57,791 nucleotides of DNA from a virus (lineage: Duplodnaviria > Caudoviricetes), in IMG/VR virus record IMGVR_UViG_3300012676_000003, positions 1-57,791 of that record; one strand, given 5' to 3'. The number at the start of each line of letters is the position of its first letter. The first letter of the stretch is position 1. Both the position numbers and the translations under genes were made by a program. Positions 16,659 to 26,417 of this stretch are shown one piece after another. The notes below the pieces were generated by a model. That model was not told the DNA's origin. It did not search any database and saw only the letters and a program-made list of their open reading frames with translations.

Positions 16659-16817
16659 TTACTTTCGCTTGTAGCTGGTCGCACCCTTGTAGCCACCACC
16701 AGGCTTATGCGAGAACTCTTGCGCGACGACTTTAGGCGGGCATTTGCCACGCGCCTTTGATGGATTGTGACTACAGATGGCCATGAACTGTTGCTGCTTC
16801 TTCGACGTGGCTGGCAT
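16659..16817 (-). CDS. Small basic 52-aa phage protein MPATSKKQQQFMAICSHN... (absent from ORF track)
   Basis: Hand translation; MPxxSKKQxxFMA start is common in phage late regions; fills the gap. Confidence 0.75.
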   Translation of the reverse strand: MPATSKKQQQFMAICSHNPSKARGKCPPKVVAQEFSHKPGGGYKGATSYKRK

Positions 16818-16819
16818 GG

Positions 16820-19800
16820 TTATTGGGCTGTTGGTGTTCTTTGCGCTGCCAAATATTGTCTTACTGATTTGGTATACAGATCACGAATGTTCTGCTTGTG
16901 TTGCCGTGCGCCTTCCACAGTTTTCTTTTCATCTTCGGATAGCGTCTGCTGCCATTCCTTGTCATTCTTAAAGCTTCCAGTGAACGGCATCCCGGCATAT
17001 CTTTTGAAGTAATCGTTTAGCTTCGAAAGCTGGTATCCCGAATCAACCAGCTTCCTGATCTCTTTTACAGCTCCAGCGTCATCACCGTAACTCAGAGCGA
17101 CCTTCAGCCCGCGCAGTTGATCTTTGTCCGGGTCATAAATGAATTCGCCTTTCTCGCCAATGCCGTGCTCATCTTTCCATTTCTTAGCCAGCGTGAAGGC
17201 ATCATCCACATCGTTCCACCGCTTGACTGTAATGCCCATGGAATTTGCAATCGATTCCCAAAGCTTCCGTTCGCGACCGCTCCTTAGCGCAATAGGTGTT
17301 ATGTTAGAGGCCGAATCCCATAGAGTTTCAGGAACCGTTCGCTTGCGCCCGAAGTAATCGCGGCCAGTCACCAGTTGCAGGAGCGTTCTACCGTAAACGG
17401 GGTTGAGACGATTCAGCCAGAATTGCAGCGGTTTTTCCAGCAGGTGCAAAATGTCACCTTGCACTGTGCGCAGACCGTAAGCATGGCCGTTGTAAACAAT
17501 ACTGAACGCATTCTCTGGTTCGAAATGATACTGATCGTTAATAACCTTGTTCGCGATTCTTGCAGTCACGTACATGGTTAATGCGCCCAAGAGTAATGCT
17601 GCTCGTTGCTCGTTACCAAATCCCGGCACGGCACTCTTTCCGCCTTTGGCGAGAGCTTCTGCGGCAAAACGACCACGGGCCTCCAAGAAATCGGGTGCCA
17701 ACATGATTAGGCGGGAAATGTCCTGAGCCGTCTTGCTGCGCTCTAGCATGGTATAGTTCAATTCACCAAAGGCCGCATTCGCCTGACCTGCGGTTTTATT
17801 CATGATTGCCTCATCGCTCATCTTATCACCATAGCGAGCGCGATTCCGTTCCAGCGCCTTCAGCGCCATGGTCATCTTTATGCGCGGGATATAATCTTGA
17901 AAGAGCCATGAATGGTAGCTCTGCATCAATGGCCCAAGGAATGGAATCTGCCGACTGAGCGATGAACCGATCAAGCCTTCAGCGGCGTGGGTTGGGTAAT
18001 ACTCACCGCCAAGAGTTATGCCACCGCGCAGCAATCCGTCTACGTTGGGGTTCTCGAAATCAATGTCCTTGATGATTTTCCATGGGGCAACCTTGTGCTC
18101 CATGCCGTGGACTGCGATTTGCACCTGATGGAACATCGAAAGATCCAGCATGGTTTGCTTGAACGTCGCCCCGACATTTAGTGCTGGTCGAAGAATGCGG
18201 CCGTACTTGCCGTATCGAATCCGAGAAGGTTCCAAAAGGCTACTAATGCGATGAACGTAATCGGGATGAATTGCCACGTCGCCCTGAACAAATATGGGTT
18301 TGCCCTCGGAATCCGCACTTACCCACTTCCAACGGGACAATGCTGGAAACTCCTTGTTCACATAATCCCCCCGGTAATTTTCTGTTCCGGGTTCATTGGC
18401 TTTCTGTGGGTTGAAGGTCGGTTTGATTAGTGTGGCCTGCCGTTCGCCCGTTACTACATCTGTGATAGGTGTGCCGACACCCTTTATGTCAATCACGGGT
18501 CGCCCGTCAGCCGCCTTCATCTCCGAGGCTTTGCGAATGAACTCGCGGGCTGCGATTGCCTTGGACAAGCTCGATTCGTATTGCGCAATACGCTGGACGA
18601 AGGATTGAACTGGTCGGTAACCAAGTTTCTCCGCTTCCCAATCAAATTGAAACACGCGCTTTCGGGCAAGCGCAGGGTTGGCTTTTAGCAAGCTGCTTTG
18701 AACATAGGCATACGCCTTCTGTTGCAAGTCAGGTCGGCTTTCATAAATACGGTGGATGTAATCTTCAACACCAGCTTTGACAACACCCGCATCGATGGCC
18801 TCCTGCAAGCGGGAATCGAAGTAATTTCGGGCGTTCTCAGCGGCAACAAGAAGGTCTCCCTTCAGGTTCAGTGCATCTTCATACGCCTGCCGATACTGGG
18901 GCTTGGTTTCTGCTGCTCCTCGGCGAAGCTCAGCGGCATCACCGCCAGCATCAATCCATTTGGCAATAGCAGCTTGGTCACGTGCTCTCGGAATGGACTT
19001 GTTGGCCTGTTTAACCCATGCGCGAGTACGCCAGCCGCGCTTCTCAAGTTCAGCTGACAGTTCGCCTTTGGACCGCAACAGATCGTCAATGTTCTCGATT
19101 CCCTTCCAGCGTTGAGTGAGATAATCCCCAGCGCGATTCAAACCTGACAAGGCTTTAGAGAATGAATCTTTAACGAGTGCGGATCTTTCACCCAACCGAA
19201 ATGCTTCCTGAACGCGCTCGCGAAGAGTTGGCTTGGATGCCTCAATTCCTTTAAACGCCGTAGTGAGCTGCTCAATTTGCGCCCGTGGCGGTTCACCCGG
19301 AGTCATGGCACCAGGACCGGGCGTAGCTGTGGCAGGCGCAGCCTTCGCTTCGGTTGCAGTAGGCTTCGCTTCGACCTGGCTGGTCGGCACCGTGAGCGGA
19401 ATCATTCCCGGCCCGAGCTTCGCTTCCACCTGCGCCGGCGGCACCGTGGCGGCCGTAACCACTGGAGCAGTCGCGGGAGCCTTGCCAGCAACTGGAGCCC
19501 CAGGTTCCGCCGCCGCAGGCACCAACTGCTTTCGCGTAGCTTCCAAGCGGCCAATCAGTTCGCTGCCTGGCATCGCGCGCGCGATGCTTTGTTCCATTGC
19601 TCGCAGGGAATCAGCTTCCCAACCACCGGCCGTCTTGGCGTGATATTGCAGAGCCTCAGCTACCCGCTGCGTCTGATCTCCACTCGGCAACGCTTTCGCG
19701 GTTCGGATTACGTTCGGTTGCGCTTCCACAGGCAACCCCGCAGCACGCGCCTGCTTCAACAACTCCTTGGTCGGCTCAAGCAAACCGGCAGCCTTCGGCG

Positions 19801-20695
19801 CTTCAGACGCGGCTTCCACCTTCGGCGGCTCAACCACAGGCGCGGGCTTGTTCGCCACCGCATCCATGCCCGTGTCAGCGACGCGGGTCATCGCCTCGGC
19901 TTGCGCGGCGGCTTGCTCAGGCGTCACGCGCTCGATTGGCGCAGGCTCCGTGCGTGGCGCTCGTGCGCCTTGGGGCGGCGTAATCTCCGCACCCGTCCTT
20001 GGTATAACGGGTGGCGATTCTTGCGGGTTAACCGTGTCGGCTATTGACCTTACCCGATTCTTCAAGTGCGCTCCCGCGCCTAGCATCATTGCCCCCGTTG
20101 CGCCCATGTCAGTCAACGATGCTGCGCGTTGTTCAGGCGTCATTTCATCCCACTTGTTCCACAATTCCAATCCCTGATTGCCAAGGGCCTTCGCCATGTC
20201 CAAGGTGAAAAATGCAGCAACAGCAGTTGGAGCTACGGCAACGGCAGGTATAGTGGCTAGACCTGCTGGACTGGTGAAAAACTCAGGCACAGCCGCCACT
20301 GCATTAATGCCTTGGCGCATTACTGTCGCAGGAATGTTCGGGCCAAACAGTTCTCCAAGGTTTCTGGCAATAGGAGATGTTGCTAGAAACGCCTTTTCTA
20401 GTCCGCCAACAGGCACTTCACTGACAGGCGGAAGTTTGGGGAGTTCAATCCTTGGCCTAAGCGGTTCTTCAATATGCTCACGGGCGACAGATAACGGCTC
20501 CTGCATTGTCTCACGCAAAGAAGCCAATTGTCGTGACGGTCCACCGTACGTTGCCAGCATCTCTGGTGGCGTAGGTTGTCTCGGCGTGCCTATGCTGAAC
20601 GGTCCAGAAGGCGTCAGATCAATTACCGGATCACGCTTCGGTTCATCAGGGATGAAGTCAATTCCAGCCTCTTCCTCTATGAAATCGATTGGCAT
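16820..20695 (-). CDS. Large internal virion/DNA-ejection-like protein
   Basis: 1291 aa, Ala-rich, last of three genes after tail genes as in podoviruses. Confidence 0.6.
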   Translation of the reverse strand: MPIDFIEEEAGIDFIPDEPKRDPVIDLTPSGPFSIGTPRQPTPPEMLATYGGPSRQLASLRETMQEPLSVAREHIEEPLRPRIELPKLPPVSEVPVGGLEKAFLATSPIARNLGELFGPNIPATVMRQGINAVAAVPEFFTSPAGLATIPAVAVAPTAVAAFFTLDMAKALGNQGLELWNKWDEMTPEQRAASLTDMGATGAMMLGAGAHLKNRVRSIADTVNPQESPPVIPRTGAEITPPQGARAPRTEPAPIERVTPEQAAAQAEAMTRVADTGMDAVANKPAPVVEPPKVEAASEAPKAAGLLEPTKELLKQARAAGLPVEAQPNVIRTAKALPSGDQTQRVAEALQYHAKTAGGWEADSLRAMEQSIARAMPGSELIGRLEATRKQLVPAAAEPGAPVAGKAPATAPVVTAATVPPAQVEAKLGPGMIPLTVPTSQVEAKPTATEAKAAPATATPGPGAMTPGEPPRAQIEQLTTAFKGIEASKPTLRERVQEAFRLGERSALVKDSFSKALSGLNRAGDYLTQRWKGIENIDDLLRSKGELSAELEKRGWRTRAWVKQANKSIPRARDQAAIAKWIDAGGDAAELRRGAAETKPQYRQAYEDALNLKGDLLVAAENARNYFDSRLQEAIDAGVVKAGVEDYIHRIYESRPDLQQKAYAYVQSSLLKANPALARKRVFQFDWEAEKLGYRPVQSFVQRIAQYESSLSKAIAAREFIRKASEMKAADGRPVIDIKGVGTPITDVVTGERQATLIKPTFNPQKANEPGTENYRGDYVNKEFPALSRWKWVSADSEGKPIFVQGDVAIHPDYVHRISSLLEPSRIRYGKYGRILRPALNVGATFKQTMLDLSMFHQVQIAVHGMEHKVAPWKIIKDIDFENPNVDGLLRGGITLGGEYYPTHAAEGLIGSSLSRQIPFLGPLMQSYHSWLFQDYIPRIKMTMALKALERNRARYGDKMSDEAIMNKTAGQANAAFGELNYTMLERSKTAQDISRLIMLAPDFLEARGRFAAEALAKGGKSAVPGFGNEQRAALLLGALTMYVTARIANKVINDQYHFEPENAFSIVYNGHAYGLRTVQGDILHLLEKPLQFWLNRLNPVYGRTLLQLVTGRDYFGRKRTVPETLWDSASNITPIALRSGRERKLWESIANSMGITVKRWNDVDDAFTLAKKWKDEHGIGEKGEFIYDPDKDQLRGLKVALSYGDDAGAVKEIRKLVDSGYQLSKLNDYFKRYAGMPFTGSFKNDKEWQQTLSEDEKKTVEGARQHKQNIRDLYTKSVRQYLAAQRTPTAQ

Positions 20696-20696
20696 T

Positions 20697-21581
20697 TCAC
20701 AATCTCGTATAGCCTGCCGCTAAAGCTTCTTCCAGATTTTCCGCTGCAACCGTACCAGTTTTACCTTTCGGATCTCGCACCCGAACCCGAGTACCTTCCG
20801 ATGGAGCTGCTGGGGCCGATGGTCCAAGCGGTGCAAGGTTTGGTATTCCAGGTATCCCCATTCCAGAGGGCACCTTTCGAGTGATAGTGTAGTCCCCATG
20901 TGCAGGCACTTCAGGCATAGCTGGCTGGTGAGGAATGTCTTTTCTCAACCAATCAATACCGCCCAATTTTCTCTTTTGAGCTGGCACTTCAGGAGTACCG
21001 GGAATACCGGGGCTTTCTTCGATCCTTTCCGTAACAGTGTAGAAGTCATCAGGGTCCGTTTTCTTCGTCGGAGAAATCAGCGTCTCATGACCTGTATTTG
21101 GCTGGCGCAAGAACAGCATTCCCGGCGCTTCAGGATGTGAAACAATCTCAGCCTTCCCGGTTTTAACAGCCTCTTCCGCCCTTTGCATGGATATGCCCTC
21201 AGTTGCGATATTGTGTCGACGCTCCTCCTGAAACCGTTCCTTTGCCAAAGCGTCATCTATTCCTGCGCGTTCTGCCGTAGATGAGAGCGCACGATTTCTG
21301 TAATCCATCATGGCCAATCGATCAGCTTCGTTCCCTGACAATTGCCCTTGGCGATACTCGCGCAATGCCGCAGCTTCCACTGCCGCCTGTCTCATGCGCT
21401 CGCCAAATTCCCATGCTTCCTGTTGTCTCCGTACTCGAGCTTCGGCAATGGCTTGAGCCCTTTCTACCGAACGTTGACGCATCTCGGCTATCGCAAGACC
21501 AGCCTGCGCCCCGGACTGCGTTGCTTGCAGGAAATCATTCGGCTGAATGTTCAGCCAAGGCGGTATCGAGCCAAGTGCCAT
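20697..21581 (-). CDS. Putative ejection/internal virion protein
   Basis: EERRHNIATE coiled coil; position. Confidence 0.5.
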   Translation of the reverse strand: MALGSIPPWLNIQPNDFLQATQSGAQAGLAIAEMRQRSVERAQAIAEARVRRQQEAWEFGERMRQAAVEAAALREYRQGQLSGNEADRLAMMDYRNRALSSTAERAGIDDALAKERFQEERRHNIATEGISMQRAEEAVKTGKAEIVSHPEAPGMLFLRQPNTGHETLISPTKKTDPDDFYTVTERIEESPGIPGTPEVPAQKRKLGGIDWLRKDIPHQPAMPEVPAHGDYTITRKVPSGMGIPGIPNLAPLGPSAPAAPSEGTRVRVRDPKGKTGTVAAENLEEALAAGYTRL

Positions 21582-21590
21582 AAGACCTTT

Positions 21591-22751
21591 CTAATATCCG
21601 TATTCTTCAAAGTACGTCTCCCATGGATCGGTTTCGGTCCCAAGTCCATCATCAAACCAACTGGACCCTGAACCTGCGAATGGATCGTAGGTCGATTGAT
21701 CCGTATAAGGATTGTTTACCGTTCCAAATGGCGTGTTCCCTAGCCCATACAGGTCGCCGCCCGTAGCTTGGTCGCCCATAGGCGGAATGTAGCCCCCGCC
21801 TCCTGCACTCGGTTGGACGAACATATTGGCCCAGTCAGAGAGCCACGGCGCATTGATGGAACTATCCGTGTAAGGGTCGTAAGCTGTGCCTTGGGGAACC
21901 GCCCCAAGCCCATACAAGTCCGTAGTAGTTGTGGCCGAAGGCATCGTGCCGCTCCCTGGCCCTGGCGGAATGTTATTCGCCGTGTTGAATGGGAATCCTG
22001 CACCAGTCGAAGCCGTAGGTGCTGTGCCACCTGCGGGATTAGGGTAGCCGTAGCCGCCGCTACCGCCTTGCGGCATACCGTATCCGCCACCGTTTCGGCC
22101 TAGCTGATTCAGCGCCTCGGAGTAACGTCGCAGCATCTCTTCAGCAGCCGCTTTGGGGTCTGGGGCAGCGGCAAGTTGCGCGTTGTGCGCGGCAATCTGC
22201 GCGGCCAACTCAGGATCAACACCCATCTTCGAAAGCTCGGACAATACACTTTGATAGTTCTGAATGCCCTGTTGAATCCGCTCCTGCCGTGCGCCAACGA
22301 CGTTGCCCATGAATTTGTTACTCCAAAGCCCTGCCCCGGGCATACCGCTCGCCACACCAAAGCGGTTAGCCACATCCCATAGCGCATTCTCCTCCTGCGG
22401 CGTGAACTCGCCCGCAATCTGACTTTTCAATTGGTCGCCCACAGAAGCAGTCAGCGCATCGAAACCGGGATAGATACGGCTGGCTTCAGCGTAGGGCGTC
22501 GTCGGGTATTCAACCGGACCGGGCACCAGTCCGTACGGCCCCTGACCAGTGCGTGGCTCAGGCGTGATGTCGAAGCCAGTTCCACCACCTGCGGCATTTG
22601 GCTGTCCGAATAGCGAGTTATTGGGTCTGCCGTACGTTGTTGGAGTCGGCATGGAAGCTGGCGCTGTGGGAGGATTTATGGGGTTGCCGTTTATATCCAG
22701 CCCTCTTGCCTCTTGAGCTTTTCGGAAATTATAAAGAAGATTATATGGCAT
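21591..22751 (-). CDS. Gly/Pro-rich putative internal virion protein
   Basis: Composition and position. Confidence 0.5.
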   Translation of the reverse strand: MPYNLLYNFRKAQEARGLDINGNPINPPTAPASMPTPTTYGRPNNSLFGQPNAAGGGTGFDITPEPRTGQGPYGLVPGPVEYPTTPYAEASRIYPGFDALTASVGDQLKSQIAGEFTPQEENALWDVANRFGVASGMPGAGLWSNKFMGNVVGARQERIQQGIQNYQSVLSELSKMGVDPELAAQIAAHNAQLAAAPDPKAAAEEMLRRYSEALNQLGRNGGGYGMPQGGSGGYGYPNPAGGTAPTASTGAGFPFNTANNIPPGPGSGTMPSATTTTDLYGLGAVPQGTAYDPYTDSSINAPWLSDWANMFVQPSAGGGGYIPPMGDQATGGDLYGLGNTPFGTVNNPYTDQSTYDPFAGSGSSWFDDGLGTETDPWETYFEEYGY

Positions 22752-22752
22752 A

Positions 22753-23778
22753 TCACATCATTTGACCTATGCCCGCAAATCGGGGTTCTGCGGTGCCTTC
22801 AGGTCGTATAAGGATCGGGATTTGATTGATCGGAAATTTGTCGGCCAACTGCCGGTTAAGCTCTTTGATGGCGAGCGCTTGTTTCCGAGCTGCCGATTCG
22901 TCATCTCCAGCTTCTTCCAAGCGCCCCGCCTGAATCATGAGCTTAAGGGCTTCGATATTGTCTATCTGAACAATATCGGTATCGGTCGTTACGGGAATAA
23001 ACTGGAGCTTAGCCAGAAATTCTATCTGCGGTTGCGTGGTTCCATCAGTGCTGCAACAGTTCGTCCCCATGCGCCCCTTGACCGTAGTGTGTCTATAACG
23101 CGGTTCGGTCTCGGTTGGCTCATAATGCCCCATCTCGCGCAGGATGTTCAGGTCGATGTCAAAGCCATACAGGTCCACTGGACCAATCGTGACTTCTTTC
23201 GAGACGCGAGTTAGTTCACGCAATCGTTTGCCGCTTTGTATAAACGGCGCTTGCAGAGTCAGAACTTCGCCGATGGACCATTCCCCGGATTGAGCATCTC
23301 GTGTCATCAATTCCTGACCATATTCGTCAATGCCGTAGATGGTGACGGTCTTGCCAAGGTCCGCACGCACGCGGGCATACGCTTGGATATAGCTCGGCAC
23401 TCCGCAGGGTATGTTCTGGAATACAGGCGTTATCCCGTCATCAACGACTGTGACGTTACTGTTCCAACAACGGTTCTGAACACAATCCGAAGCCGACAAG
23501 GGCATGAAATCGTACCACTTGTTATGTATCTGCCGGTTATTGCCACGGATATTCGTCGCCAGAATCGTGCCTACCCAGCGCGGCCATGCGATACACCCAA
23601 GGTACACGCAGACGCGCCCCTTGATCACTGTGGCGTAGAAGTTTCCATAGCTCATGAGCCGCGAGACACATTCATTTAGTTGGGTCAAGAACTCAGGCTT
23701 GCTCACGCACACGCCGGAGATGTTCTTGATCGAGCTAGCTTTGACTGCCGCAACAGTGAGTGACGATGGATAGATCAT
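22753..23778 (-). CDS. Putative head-tail adaptor (tail tubular A-like)
   Basis: Helical termini (LNECVSRL; ALKLMI..AIKELNRQL) around a beta core; position. Confidence 0.5.
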   Translation of the reverse strand: MIYPSSLTVAAVKASSIKNISGVCVSKPEFLTQLNECVSRLMSYGNFYATVIKGRVCVYLGCIAWPRWVGTILATNIRGNNRQIHNKWYDFMPLSASDCVQNRCWNSNVTVVDDGITPVFQNIPCGVPSYIQAYARVRADLGKTVTIYGIDEYGQELMTRDAQSGEWSIGEVLTLQAPFIQSGKRLRELTRVSKEVTIGPVDLYGFDIDLNILREMGHYEPTETEPRYRHTTVKGRMGTNCCSTDGTTQPQIEFLAKLQFIPVTTDTDIVQIDNIEALKLMIQAGRLEEAGDDESAARKQALAIKELNRQLADKFPINQIPILIRPEGTAEPRFAGIGQMM

Positions 23779-24212
23779 GGTCTTTGTGGCCCGATAAGTC
23801 CGCCTAGACTATCCTGGCCAAGTAAGGGGTTTGACGTGTAACGGTTTCTTTTCGGTTGATATGATCTTGGCCCCATTCCAACCACTGGATTGGCGTTGCC
23901 CATAGGCATCGTCGGGGGAGCTGGCAAGCCACCGTTTGGACCCACATTCGGGAATATGTTGGGCGTCATGGGTGTGCTCGATCCTGCAACCACGTTTGGC
24001 TCCATGGGTGCTATCGGTGTAGACTGGATTGGAGTGCCAAGCCTTGGCCCGTATCGCCCACCCCACGGCTGGAAACCCTTGGCATCCATCCCTTCCTGCC
24101 AACGCTTCTGAGCCGCTTCGGTGCTTTGCGGGATACCCCTGCCATCGTCGGCTTCAGTTACAGGCGTGCCGGTTGACATACCACGCGGGAAAATCGGTTT
24201 ATACGTAGCCAT
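23775..24212 (-). CDS. Pro/Gly-rich hypothetical protein
   Basis: Coupled ORF. Confidence 0.7.
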   Translation of the reverse strand: MATYKPIFPRGMSTGTPVTEADDGRGIPQSTEAAQKRWQEGMDAKGFQPWGGRYGPRLGTPIQSTPIAPMEPNVVAGSSTPMTPNIFPNVGPNGGLPAPPTMPMGNANPVVGMGPRSYQPKRNRYTSNPLLGQDSLGGLIGPQRP

Positions 24213-24422
24213 TTATTCATCCTCCTTCGCGCTCAGATGTTTGGCGTACAGAGCATCGACCTTTCTGGTGGTGTCCTTGGATAGCACAACGTCTTTCCGC
24301 ATTTGCGTGCGTCCGGCAAGAAACTCCAGATATTCGTATTGCTGGCGAAAGTCGTTATCCAAATCCTTCATGGCTCGCATGAACGCTTTTCGACGGTGAA
24401 GTTCTAGCTCATCTTCTGTCAT
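24213..24422 (-). CDS. Hypothetical protein
   Basis: Coupled ORF. Confidence 0.7.
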   Translation of the reverse strand: MTEDELELHRRKAFMRAMKDLDNDFRQQYEYLEFLAGRTQMRKDVVLSKDTTRKVDALYAKHLSAKEDE

Positions 24423-25387
24423 ACAATGATTTCCTTAAGTGACACCGGACCATTTTGCACAGCAAACGCCTTGCTACCCGTGAATACAACATCTATCGGT
24501 GACGTGAACCCGCCGCGCCACCACGTTCCTGAAGGCGCACCATCATTGGTAGGCTCCCACAAAATGATCCCATCAGTGGTCTGGCAAGGGATGTAAAGAC
24601 GCCCGTCAGAAGCGCGATAACGCAGGCGCATCGGTTCCGAGCCAGCGTTCACCAGATCTAGATTCAAGATCACGTAGGAATCAGGACTCCAGTTGTCTAC
24701 TCGAACCATCCATTGGTTGCCACCGACTACATACTGCTTACCGTTGACGGAAGCGTGTTCAATGGCAATTGGAGTAACTATGCTAAGATCAGGTACAAGC
24801 GATAGCGTGTTATTCTGCGCAAGGTTCATATCCGCCTGCCTAAGCTCGGGAAAAAATGACCTGCAAAAATAACAGAACCCGCCACCGGCTGAAGCTTGCT
24901 CGCTCCAAAGGTTGGTATTCGAAATAGTTTCACCCTCAACAACGGGGATGGTTGGGTGAATTTTACCCAGCCATGTACTGTTGTTGCTATTGCCTACTAC
25001 GCCAATGAAGAATATCTCTGGCTCACCGAAATCGAATAGCATCCTTGGACCAGAGGGCCATCTCTGATTATTCACTCCGCCATCATTGTAAAGTGTTGTC
25101 CACCCCAAACCGGCTCCAATAGCCAACGTATTTTGATCAATGGGAAATATGTCTGTTTGCGGGTGAGCTGCGGCTTCATCCTGGTTGGCCATAGAATTCC
25201 ACACCGAAGCGTAAAGCGAGTTGCTGGCTGAATGCCACACGATGCCGCAGGTTGTCTCGGCAGGTCCAGTGATTATGGCGGAATTCTCCAGCGCACCTGA
25301 GTCGGCGTTGAACTGTAAAACCTTCGGGCCGTATACGCCGAAAATCTTGTTTACTGTCGGGCAAAAAGTGGCGGCTGAGAGTGGCAT
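24419..25387 (-). CDS. Beta-propeller-like protein (paralog B)
   Basis: Aligns with 25387-26415 (KIFG..GP..FNA; RYRxSD..LYIPC; GF..PIDVV..KAFAVQ.G...LKEI). Confidence 0.7.
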   Translation of the reverse strand: MPLSAATFCPTVNKIFGVYGPKVLQFNADSGALENSAIITGPAETTCGIVWHSASNSLYASVWNSMANQDEAAAHPQTDIFPIDQNTLAIGAGLGWTTLYNDGGVNNQRWPSGPRMLFDFGEPEIFFIGVVGNSNNSTWLGKIHPTIPVVEGETISNTNLWSEQASAGGGFCYFCRSFFPELRQADMNLAQNNTLSLVPDLSIVTPIAIEHASVNGKQYVVGGNQWMVRVDNWSPDSYVILNLDLVNAGSEPMRLRYRASDGRLYIPCQTTDGIILWEPTNDGAPSGTWWRGGFTSPIDVVFTGSKAFAVQNGPVSLKEIIV

Positions 25388-26415
25388 TAGACAATCTCCT
25401 TTAGCCCATTGTTGCCAAGTTGCACAGCAAAGGCTTTGGTCGGTGTAATAACCACGTCAATGGGGTAGTCGAATCCTGATTTCCATTCCCCGTCATTTGA
25501 TCCGGTATCCCAGATGATCACCCCGTTGTTTTGTGGGCACGGTATGTAAAGGCTGGCATCGGAGGATCGGTAGCGCATTCGTGTAGGCTTAACTACTGTT
25601 CCGGGTGGCATTCCGGTTACTGTGCCTGAGTTCATCGCATGCGCTGCGTAAGCCCCCGGTGAAACAAAGCTGGTGCATCGAATAAGAACCGCCGTTCCAC
25701 ACACCGCATAGCATTCGCCGCTACCCGTGCTAAAGGCGCAAGAGACTGGATTATCAACGAATCTCTGAGGAGCATTGATTCGGCAGCGACCGAACGATCC
25801 GTTAGTCAACGCCATGTCATATCTCTGCACTTCGAAGTTGTACGTATTAGCACCGTACATGTTCAGGCCGTCTGTGGCGTACTGGTGATAACAGTTGTCG
25901 CCATCGAACGTGACTCCCTGTGACGGATTGGCGCGATCTGCGATGTTGGTTGGGTTGACTCTCCACCAGTAGACACCAACCGAATTGTATTGCGTGAAGT
26001 AAAGGTTGGTACCAAAGCCCGGACTGAACACATGTTGCGGACCTGACGTCCATCGCTTGCTCAAGGCTGCAAATGAATCCGTATCGACAACTCCCCCAAT
26101 AGCCATGGTAGCCGGATTAATCGGGTAAAGCCCACGGATAGACCAGTCCAAGCTAGACCATTGCCTACTCAACACATTCCACACGCTTATGAAGATGGTG
26201 TCAAGCGGCGCATGATAACAGATCCGGCAATTGCCCATGGCTGGACCAAATACACGCACGGCAGATTCAAAAGCTCCAGTTGTGGCATTGAACTTGGCTA
26301 TGTGCGGCCCAATGGTGCCGAAGATTTTATCCACCGACGCGACATACACGGCATCATCTATGGGAGTTTCGCCCAAGATGGCTTCGGTCATCGCTAATGA
26401 AACTTGGCAACCCAT
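25387..26415 (-). CDS. Beta-propeller-like protein (paralog A)
   Basis: Paralog of 24419-25387. Confidence 0.7.
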   Translation of the reverse strand: MGCQVSLAMTEAILGETPIDDAVYVASVDKIFGTIGPHIAKFNATTGAFESAVRVFGPAMGNCRICYHAPLDTIFISVWNVLSRQWSSLDWSIRGLYPINPATMAIGGVVDTDSFAALSKRWTSGPQHVFSPGFGTNLYFTQYNSVGVYWWRVNPTNIADRANPSQGVTFDGDNCYHQYATDGLNMYGANTYNFEVQRYDMALTNGSFGRCRINAPQRFVDNPVSCAFSTGSGECYAVCGTAVLIRCTSFVSPGAYAAHAMNSGTVTGMPPGTVVKPTRMRYRSSDASLYIPCPQNNGVIIWDTGSNDGEWKSGFDYPIDVVITPTKAFAVQLGNNGLKEIV

Positions 26416-26417
26416 AA

